Shown here: one piece after another, positions 25,080 to 32,062 of the stretch
Numbering within the stretch: the first letter of the stretch is position 1
Layout of the letters: every line of letters starts with the position of its first letter
Source of the DNA: Bdellovibrionota bacterium
GTDB lineage: Bacteria > Bdellovibrionota_C > UBA2361
Length of the DNA: 32,062 nucleotides
Direction of reading: 5' to 3'
Assembly (NCBI GenBank): GCA_044352465.1
Contig: JBILDU010000028.1
Coordinates: forward strand, 1-32,062
The notes under the pieces: model-generated
Database searches by the model: none
Seen by the model: only the letters and a program-made list of their open reading frames with translations
What the model was told of the DNA's origin: nothing
Program-made: the position numbers and the translations under genes

Positions 25080-25259
25080 ATGACCGATCTAAATAATCCT
25101 GAGAAACCCCGTAAGCGGAGTCTCACCTCGGTAACGCTCCAGTGGCTCGCTGAGCGCATGCGTCGCTCAGAGCGTATCAAAACGGCGATCAGTGACGGCA
25201 CCTACCAGATAGACTCAGCCAAGATCGCTGCCTCCATCGTGAACGAGGAACGCAAATAG
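25080..25259 (+). CDS. flgM: FlgM-like anti-sigma-28 factor, C-terminal domain only (59 aa), not in ORF track
   Basis: MTDLNNPEKPRKRSLTSVTLQWLAERMRRSERIKTAISDGTYQIDSAKIAASIVNEERK. R.ERIK.AI.DGTYQID..KIA..I matches the FlgM C-terminal signature. Confidence 0.75.
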   Translation: MTDLNNPEKPRKRSLTSVTLQWLAERMRRSERIKTAISDGTYQIDSAKIAASIVNEERK

Positions 25260-25305
25260 CCCGCCAGCAAGACCCAAGAGTACCAACTGAAATGGATTCT
25301 TGGCC

Positions 25306-26922
25306 CTACGCCAAGAATTCCTGGAGCTTGTGGTTCGGATTCTGCTCAAGAACAAAGCGGCGCTCCCATTCACTCGCGAAGAGGAGGACGACCCGACCCT
25401 TGGTATCGACCGCGAAGAACGAGTCTTGTGGTTTACGCAAGGTCCGCGGGTCTCCGATCAGATAAACGCTGTACCGATACGGTAACATCTCGAGCGCTGT
25501 CTTCACGCCGTACTCGTCCTCGAGCCGGTATTGAAGCACCTCGAACTGAAGCTTTCCCACCGCCGCGACAAGAGGCTGTCCTTGGGGATTTTCGTACGAG
25601 CGGAGGAGCTGCACCGCCCCCTCACTGGTCAATTGGTCCATCCCCTTCTCGAATGCTTTACGGCGCATCACGTCGAGGGGACGCACCTGAGCCACTACCT
25701 CCGGAGGAAACTGCGGCATCGGCTTGAAATTAAAATCACTGGCGAGCGAAACAGTATCACCGATGGCGAACTGCCCCGGATTAATCATTCCAACCACATC
25801 GCCGGGGTAGGCTTTCTCGACGGTATTTCGATCTTGCGCCACCATACTGTACGAACGCGCGAGACGAACCTCTTTATTGGTGCGGTGATGCCGCACCACC
25901 ATGTCACGCTCAAATTCACCCGAGCACACCCGCATGAACGCCATGCTATCCCGGTGTCGGGGATTCATATTCGCTTGAATCTTGAAGACAAAACCGGAAA
26001 AAGGGGTGCGGGCTGGATCGACTGGGACATCTGATCCATCGAGCGCGGTGGCGACGTAGGCATGCGGCGCCGGGGCGAGATCGATAAACGCATCGAAAAA
26101 CGGTTCGACGCCGAAGTTAGTCAACGCCGAGCCGAAAAACACCGGCGTCAATTCACCAGCGAGAAAACGGGTGTGCTCGTATGGATTACCTGCCGCCTCC
26201 AAAAGCTCAAGGTCCTCCTCAAGGGTCTTGACCACGTCGGCGTCGATCGTGCCACGCGCTTTAACCTCATCGAGCGGAACAACTTCGATCCCCGACTTCT
26301 CAGCACCCCCCGCGGCAGAGCGAGTAAAGAGACTGACCATGCGGGTCTTGCAATCAGCGACGCCGGCGAACGAGCGACCCCCACCAAGTGGCCAGTTCAT
26401 CGGCGCGGAGCGTATGCCCAAAACCTCCTCCACCTCCTGAATGAGATCGAGGGGGGGACGACCGGGAAGGTCCATTTTATTGATAAAGGTCAAAATCGGA
26501 ATGCGGCGCATCCGACAAACGGCGAAGAGCTTGCGGGTCTGCGCCTCGACACCTTTCACCCCGTCGATGACCATGATGGCGCTGTCGGCGGCAGTGAGGG
26601 TCCGGTAGGTGTCTTCACTAAAATCCTGGTGACCCGGCGTGTCGAGGACGTTGACCACCGCACCCTTGTAGCGGAACTGCATCGCCGAAGCGGTGATAGA
26701 GATCCCCCGCTCTTGCTCCATCGCCATCCAGTCTGAACTGGCGGACTTGGCACCCTTACGCGCGCGCACCATGCCAGCGGTCCGCACCATGCCCGAATAG
26801 AGGAGCAGCTTCTCGGTAAGGGTCGTCTTGCCCGCGTCGGGGTGGCTAATGATCGCAAACGTTCGCCGCAGCGCAACCGCAGCGGCTACAACACCGGCAT
26901 TTTCAGGGGGGAGAGACGACAT
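25306..26922 (-). CDS. prfC: Peptide chain release factor 3
   Basis: RRTFAIISHPDAGKTTLTEKLLL, SDWM.MEQERGIS, LDTPGHQDFSEDTYRTL, NKMD, FKIQANM.P.HRD and G.LQFEV..YRL..EY. Confidence 0.97.
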   Translation of the reverse strand: MSSLPPENAGVVAAAVALRRTFAIISHPDAGKTTLTEKLLLYSGMVRTAGMVRARKGAKSASSDWMAMEQERGISITASAMQFRYKGAVVNVLDTPGHQDFSEDTYRTLTAADSAIMVIDGVKGVEAQTRKLFAVCRMRRIPILTFINKMDLPGRPPLDLIQEVEEVLGIRSAPMNWPLGGGRSFAGVADCKTRMVSLFTRSAAGGAEKSGIEVVPLDEVKARGTIDADVVKTLEEDLELLEAAGNPYEHTRFLAGELTPVFFGSALTNFGVEPFFDAFIDLAPAPHAYVATALDGSDVPVDPARTPFSGFVFKIQANMNPRHRDSMAFMRVCSGEFERDMVVRHHRTNKEVRLARSYSMVAQDRNTVEKAYPGDVVGMINPGQFAIGDTVSLASDFNFKPMPQFPPEVVAQVRPLDVMRRKAFEKGMDQLTSEGAVQLLRSYENPQGQPLVAAVGKLQFEVLQYRLEDEYGVKTALEMLPYRYSVYLIGDPRTLRKPQDSFFAVDTKGRVVLLFASEWERRFVLEQNPNHKLQEFLA

Positions 26923-27076
26923 ACACGCACTTTCCAGAGGCAAGCCCACACGGCCCGCCCGAGGAGCTCACGATATCGTAAGTCTGCAGAAAACTACAGA
27001 GCCCCCCAAAAGGACTGAGACGGTTGGTGAAACCTTTCGTCTCGCCCGCCTCCAAATAGAGCGCACGGCGGGGCGA

Positions 27077-27715
27077 CTACAACGCTGGGGGCGTGAATAG
27101 TGAGACGAACGGGGCGGTAACTATACCCGCCACAAGGAAGACCGCGACCCAGGCGGCTAGCGTGGCAGCAAAGAACCCCACGACCCGCTCCTGGGCTACG
27201 CCCGCCATCACGGGGATGCCGGTGTAGAGGATATAGAGCGAATAGAGAGAGAGGATGCCCCCGATTATCGAGACCAGCATAAACGGAAAGAGCCCCAAAA
27301 ATCCCACCAAGAAAGCTGCGGAGTAACTATACGCCACCAACCGAACGCAATCTAATCGGGTACCGGTGCCGCCAAAGAGCCCGACGAGTTTATGCACGAC
27401 TAACCCCATTAGGTAGACCAGCCCGAGCCCAAAGACATACATGAAGACCCCAAGTCCAAGCGAATCGAGGAAACCATCGTTACCGAAAATAACCTGCCCC
27501 ACGACCTGACACACCGGGGAGATGGCCATCATCAAAAAGAGGAAGTCGCGGTAGAGGGCACGCTCGTCACCTGCCTCGGCTTTGATAACGGGCCACATCC
27601 CAACCGGATCAACCACAACGGCTTTAGCTCTCTTGAGCGCTGAGGCGAAACGCTCACCGACTGAACGTGTTGATGAACTTGGGGAGGGTGATGCCGCTGC
27701 CGTGTCATTGAGCAT
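27077..27715 (-). CDS. Yip1 family membrane protein
   Basis: RAK.V...P...W..IK.E, about five TM helices, LVAYS and LYSLYILYTGIP.M pattern. GAGAGAG RBS upstream. Confidence 0.85.
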   Translation of the reverse strand: MLNDTAAASPSPSSSTRSVGERFASALKRAKAVVVDPVGMWPVIKAEAGDERALYRDFLFLMMAISPVCQVVGQVIFGNDGFLDSLGLGVFMYVFGLGLVYLMGLVVHKLVGLFGGTGTRLDCVRLVAYSYSAAFLVGFLGLFPFMLVSIIGGILSLYSLYILYTGIPVMAGVAQERVVGFFAATLAAWVAVFLVAGIVTAPFVSLFTPPAL

Positions 27716-28043
27716 GTTGTCTCTCTCGTTATTACCTGAACAATTCCCGTCTTGCGGAGTTACTCAAACGCCAACAGCTACGGTGAGCGCGAGGCGGCGC
27801 AACGCCTCTCTTTGCTTCACCGCCGGTGGGCTAACCGCGCCGATACGGGACTCTTGCTTGTCTCCGTTAGGGAAGTACCCCTGTCGGTGAGGAAGATCAA
27901 GTACACGGCTCCTCCCCTCGCCTAGTCTCACCGAGCATACCCCGCGGAATCGTTTAACTTATCGAAATATTGATTCTTCTTTGCCTAAAAAAAAGTAGCT
28001 CTGACGCCAAGAAGGGCCATAACAAACTAAAAGGAGCAAGAAT

Positions 28044-28466
28044 ATGGATATTGGGGTTCTCACATCAAAGATCGAACCTCTGCTTGGTCGATTAGACATG
28101 GTGGAGAGATACGGTAGTTGGCTCTGGATCGGTGGGGGGTTACTCGCCCTCAGTGTCATAGCGCCTGTTTTAGGCGCTATCGCCCGCTTCGCCGTATCGC
28201 TCGGTGTTCAGACCATCCGAGCCCCGCTGCGGTGGACCCGCGGGATATCGAACGAACTCGCCTACGTCATTCACCGCCACGGACCGGGGTTCACCCGGGT
28301 TATCGCCAGACCACTCGCCGTTGCAATCCTTATCGGTGCTGGCTATGCCGTCTCAACACAACTTGAGTTCAAATCAAAACCACCCACTCCACACCCCCAA
28401 CAGCCGAAGATTGAACTCAACTGCTCAGGCGACGTGGTGCCGTTAAGCTGTCCACCGCGACGGTAA
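28044..28466 (+). CDS. Hypothetical membrane protein
   Basis: AAGGAG RBS, two hydrophobic segments and a Pro-rich C-terminus with two Cys. Confidence 0.65.
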   Translation: MDIGVLTSKIEPLLGRLDMVERYGSWLWIGGGLLALSVIAPVLGAIARFAVSLGVQTIRAPLRWTRGISNELAYVIHRHGPGFTRVIARPLAVAILIGAGYAVSTQLEFKSKPPTPHPQQPKIELNCSGDVVPLSCPPRR

Positions 28467-28484
28467 CGAGCGCAGCGTTAGGAT

Positions 28485-28754
28485 CTACCGAGGAAAGGCC
28501 CCGTGTCTCTCAACCTGGAACGGAATAGCACCCCGGTTCAAGTTCTCACCTCCAACGAAAAAGAGGCACCAACTCCGTGGACTACGCGCGCACGGCGGCA
28601 CAAGGTCCGTCCCACCCGGCAGCGCGGGAATATTCTCGGTCCCCGACTCAGCTAATCCCTCGACGTAAAGAGGCGCTAAAGTTCGCGCTCCACATCCTGC
28701 TGTGGAGACAATGAATAGCAAAATCGAAACCCCAACGGCACAAACGCGACCCAT
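28485..28754 (-). CDS. Putative small lipoprotein
   Basis: GGAGGGG RBS before MGRVCAVGVSILLFIVSTAGC (lipobox TAGC). Start moved from 28871 to 28754. Confidence 0.5.
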   Translation of the reverse strand: MGRVCAVGVSILLFIVSTAGCGARTLAPLYVEGLAESGTENIPALPGGTDLVPPCARSPRSWCLFFVGGENLNRGAIPFQVERHGAFPR

Positions 28755-28899
28755 CGCCCCCTCCGATGCGACAATTTTTATCGCGCGCGGATCGCAATCC
28801 GTATGAGACGGATCGAGCGGGCCAAGATCATAACGAGATACTGATTTCCCCCGTACAGTCCTCCATCTCAATGCAGAAACAAATTACGACGGAGTCTTT

Positions 28900-29346
28900 A
28901 TGAAATATGTTGCCCTTGTGTGCACTGCTCTCTTCCTCTTCGGCTGTAAACCCTCAGAGAGAAGTGCCGAATCTCCAAAGGCCCGATTCGAGCCGAAGGC
29001 GGCAACAACACCGAAAAGCAGTGCGCCCGCGCAAACGGGCGAGAAGATGACGAGCCGCTCCGTGGAGTTTGGGGCGATCGAGAGCGATCTGACTAACCTT
29101 GAACGGGAGGTGACGGGCCTTCAAGCCCGCTTCCAAGCTCGTACATCACCCGATGCTGCGAGGCTGAATGAAGAGATCACGGCTCTCAACGCGAAAGTAG
29201 CGGTGCTCCGTAGTGAGCTCACCACGGCCCAGCAGAGCGATGACGCAACCTGGAAAACCCGGCGAGAGAAACTCAAGAGCGAACTCGCCAGCTATCGGAG
29301 CGAACTTGAAAGCCTCTCTAGGAGCGGTGGGGAGATGGCCTCGTAG
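28900..29346 (+). CDS. Lipoprotein with coiled-coil domain
   Basis: MKYVALVCTALFLFGC lipobox, GGAG RBS and a heptad-like helical C-terminal two-thirds. Confidence 0.8.
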   Translation: MKYVALVCTALFLFGCKPSERSAESPKARFEPKAATTPKSSAPAQTGEKMTSRSVEFGAIESDLTNLEREVTGLQARFQARTSPDAARLNEEITALNAKVAVLRSELTTAQQSDDATWKTRREKLKSELASYRSELESLSRSGGEMAS

Positions 29347-29408
29347 AGACCGGCATGGGGTTCATCCCTCAGCGAGCGCGCGCAGGGGGAGCAAACTACT
29401 GAATGAAG

Positions 29409-31349
29409 TCAGCGCCGCATCCCGGAAACAGCCGGGCGTGCGGCGCCCGGCATAGCCGCCTCAGGAGCGAGCAACAACCGCTTCACTAGTGGGGTCTCTT
29501 CAACATCCCAGAGCGAGAGGGCCACGTTCTGAGCATGACAGAGCTCGACTAGTTTAGCGAGCTCTTGTTGCGGCAACGTACACAGCAAAACAACCCCGGA
29601 AACCTCCAATTCACTGAGAAGGCGCGCCAGCTCACTCCCCACACCGACCACACGATGCCCCAACACAAGCCGTTTACGTAAATTCGGGTCGTCATCGACG
29701 ATCCCGACGATCTGCCGGGCATACTCTCGCTCAAAAAGCTCACTCAAGCGGCGGCGCATATAGAGCTGGCACCGCGAACCGGCACCGTAGAGAAGAATCC
29801 GATCGTGGGGCGCACCACTGTGGCCTCCCCGCACAAACGAGACGATATCGTGGAAAGCCCGGGGAAAGGAGCGGAGCCCCAGGATAAAGAAACAACTCAC
29901 CCCTGAATAAATAAGACCGTGGACAAACGCCGATCGTACCGAGCTCACCCCCTGAAGGTTGGCGATTCCGAACGCTACCGCACACCCCCCCAAAAAAGCT
30001 CCGGCGAGAAGTACGAACTCGGAGATCCGTGCCCGACTCCACACCCGGGAGTACGCTTGCGAGACGACAAGGCATAGAAAAGGTATGCCTACCCACACCG
30101 GGAACTGACTAAAGAGAATTAGCTTAAACTCACCGAACGGGAGGCTAGGATAGAGAAGAAAATCCGCGAACGCCAGCGCTACAGTCATCACGACGACATC
30201 AAGAACCGGTAATACAACGGTAGCGACCACGGCACCTTTCGGCCGCGCGAATCCCGCGGCCACCAAAGCACCACTATCCCATAACTCAGTGTGACAAATG
30301 TGGCGCACCACCACATACGTTCCGGCGATAAACGCTAGGAAAATAATCGCTCCGGCACGCTCCTGAAAAACGAGGCTGAGGGCTCCCACGATCACGAGCG
30401 CAAGGCTTGCCAGATAAAGCACAACGGCCACACGTCGTTGACTAAACCCGAGCCGAACGAGACGGTGATGGAGATGCTCCATATCGGCTTGGGATAGCTT
30501 TACCCGCTCAGTTTGGCCAGCAATTCGACCGAGGAGCGCCCGCGCGGAGCGACGCCATACGGCCAGAATGGCGTCGAAAAACGGCACCCCGACCGCAACG
30601 ATCGGTGCGATCAGGGACGCCACCGCAGTAGTCTTCCCTCCGATCGCCAAACCAAAGGTCGCCAAGGTGAATCCCAAAAACATACTGCCTGAATCACCGA
30701 GAAAGATGCGGGCTGGGTGAAAATTGAAATATAAAAAGGCACCACACGCGCCGATGAATCCGACAAGCATCACCGCGTCCCCGGGCGTCCTTAAGAAGAG
30801 CGCGAGAAGAACAAGCCCCAAGGCTCCCGAGATCGCTAAGCCAGTGGCGAGTCCATCGAGACCGTCGATCAGGTTCATCGCATTGACGAACACAAGGTAC
30901 CACCCGATCGTTACCACCAAATTGATCGGCTCGGGCAGCGCAACACCACCGATCGAATCAACGCTAATACCACCGAGATACATCACCGCGGCAGCGGCGA
31001 CCTGCGCGAGGAGCTTTAAGTACCACGGCAACCCACGTGCATCGTCCAGAAGGCCTACGAGCAGGAGCCACCCACCAACCTGTAGCGATAAGAACCAAAG
31101 CTCATCAGTCAGTTGGCGGTTCATCGTTCCAAACAGAGGTGCCTGAGAGAGAACGATAGCTGCGCCGATGACACCGAGAAAAACGCCGATCCCACCACAC
31201 CGCGCCACCGGTCGACGATGGAGCCGACGCTCATCGGGGTGATCGAGAAAAATCTCGAACCGCTTGGTTGCACCGAGGAGAAAGCGGGTACAGGTAATAC
31301 ACGCCAAAAAAGCGGTGCTAAAAGACAACATGTACAACCAAAAACTCAT
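29409..31349 (-). CDS. WecA/MraY-family polyprenyl-phosphate N-acetylhexosamine-1-phosphate transferase fused to extra TM helices and a CoA-binding-like Rossmann domain
   Basis: GGIG, GLLDD, NAMNLIDGLDGLA, NFHPARIFLGDSGS and HLHHRL. C-terminal RILLYGAG...IVGIVDDDP...LGHRVVG as in CapD/WbpM N-terminal regions. Confidence 0.88.
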   Translation of the reverse strand: MSFWLYMLSFSTAFLACITCTRFLLGATKRFEIFLDHPDERRLHRRPVARCGGIGVFLGVIGAAIVLSQAPLFGTMNRQLTDELWFLSLQVGGWLLLVGLLDDARGLPWYLKLLAQVAAAAVMYLGGISVDSIGGVALPEPINLVVTIGWYLVFVNAMNLIDGLDGLATGLAISGALGLVLLALFLRTPGDAVMLVGFIGACGAFLYFNFHPARIFLGDSGSMFLGFTLATFGLAIGGKTTAVASLIAPIVAVGVPFFDAILAVWRRSARALLGRIAGQTERVKLSQADMEHLHHRLVRLGFSQRRVAVVLYLASLALVIVGALSLVFQERAGAIIFLAFIAGTYVVVRHICHTELWDSGALVAAGFARPKGAVVATVVLPVLDVVVMTVALAFADFLLYPSLPFGEFKLILFSQFPVWVGIPFLCLVVSQAYSRVWSRARISEFVLLAGAFLGGCAVAFGIANLQGVSSVRSAFVHGLIYSGVSCFFILGLRSFPRAFHDIVSFVRGGHSGAPHDRILLYGAGSRCQLYMRRRLSELFEREYARQIVGIVDDDPNLRKRLVLGHRVVGVGSELARLLSELEVSGVVLLCTLPQQELAKLVELCHAQNVALSLWDVEETPLVKRLLLAPEAAMPGAARPAVSGMRR

Positions 31350-31726
31350 CGTCGAGACGAAGACCTTTTTTAGAGCGCGGCACGCACCCCTCGCAAGCCG
31401 GACGAAGGAAGCGTGCGCATACGGGGGGCGAGGACTCAGACGCTCACTTTGACGCCGTAATCGCGCTTATATTTTGCGGCGCGGGCGGGGCTGCTTACTC
31501 CGCACTGCTTGACTGTACCAAATCGAGCCCCGCTGAGTACACACCGAACATACCCGTTTCAAAGCCGGGCCAAGGGTAAAGAGGCTCGCCACTGCGCCGC
31601 ACCACTTCACCCGCTCGACCTGACCGGCTATCCCGAGTAAACTGGTCCGTACGTGGCGGAATCGGTGCGACGAGCGGAGGCAGCCCTGGATCGATCGGAC
31701 CCCACTAAAAGTGATTTTGAGGGGTT

Positions 31727-32062
31727 ATGGGTGTATCCCAGCGGGTTTTTAGCGGTGCAGGATACCTTTTTCTTGGGCAAGGCGGAGCCCGCCTTCTCTC
31801 GATCCTCACGGTACCGATACTGTCCCACCTCATCGCCCCCGCCGGATACGGGGTCGCAGCGCTCATTACAACCGCGCTCTCGCTCGGCTCGGTCTTTACC
31901 TTGGTCGGTATCGAGATGTCGTACGCTCGACTCTACGGGGCCAAGGAGCCACCGAACGGCCCTCGAATCGAAGCGTTTTGTTGGCGCTTTGCCCTAATCA
32001 ACGGACTTATTGGTGGACTACTCGGGGCGATAGTCTGGCATCGGTTATTACCCTTATTTTTC
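31727..32062 (+). CDS. Wzx-type oligosaccharide flippase / polysaccharide biosynthesis protein, N-terminal part (runs off window)
   Basis: Open frame not in the ORF track: MGVSQRVFSGAGYLFLGQGGARLLSILTVPILSHLIAPAGYGVAALITT...G.E.SY.R, the typical Wzx N-terminus (PIL..L..P..YG). GAGGGG RBS upstream. Confidence 0.85.
   Translation, partial: MGVSQRVFSGAGYLFLGQGGARLLSILTVPILSHLIAPAGYGVAALITTALSLGSVFTLVGIEMSYARLYGAKEPPNGPRIEAFCWRFALINGLIGGLLGAIVWHRLLPLFF

Noticed and set aside
27716..28043. Short inverted repeats in the Yip1 / membrane-protein divergent spacer (GAGGCG/CGCCTC; TCGGTGAG/CTCACCGA)
   Set aside because: Stems of 6-8 bp are expected by chance at this GC content, and no recognisable RNA family or terminator tract is present.
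31653..31997. 114-aa ORF from the track
   Set aside because: It overlaps, in another frame, the clearly Wzx-like ORF starting at 31727.
1..32062. The many short antisense and alternate-frame ORFs in the track; tRNA, rRNA or CRISPR arrays
   Set aside because: The short ORFs are shadows of well-supported genes in GC-rich DNA. No cloverleaf, rRNA-like segment or regularly spaced repeat array was seen by eye.

Overview
A GC-rich (roughly 58-60% by eye) bacterial chromosomal segment with no rRNA, tRNA, CRISPR array, transposase, integrase or phage genes visible. From left to right it holds: the 3' end of an AI-2E-type transporter, an ATP10-like lipoprotein, a GT2 glycosyltransferase, two paralogous secreted proteins, a SAM methyltransferase, an atypical pyruvate kinase, an ACT-domain malic enzyme and an addB-addA-yheU-radC DNA-repair cluster. 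An accessory region at about 15.4-25.3 kb follows, then prfC, a Yip1 protein, small membrane proteins and lipoproteins, a WecA/MraY-family fusion protein and the 5' end of a Wzx flippase. The best candidate for an undescribed system is a 633-aa protein built from two LOG-family (nucleotide phosphoribohydrolase) domains, one with catalytic motifs and one degenerate. It is transcribed divergently from a UPRTase-like phosphoribosyltransferase-fold gene, which would catalyse roughly the opposite chemistry. Other notable items are an unannotated 59-aa orphan FlgM-like anti-sigma factor with sigma28-like promoters at several genes, two stand-alone dockerin-like proteins sharing an 18/20-nt upstream motif at the same spacing, a candidate structured RNA between them, an SDR that lacks its catalytic Tyr and Ser, paired Rex-like operators at the malic enzyme promoter, and an unannotated 50-aa basic ORF. 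All family assignments come from motif recognition by eye, with no database searches.
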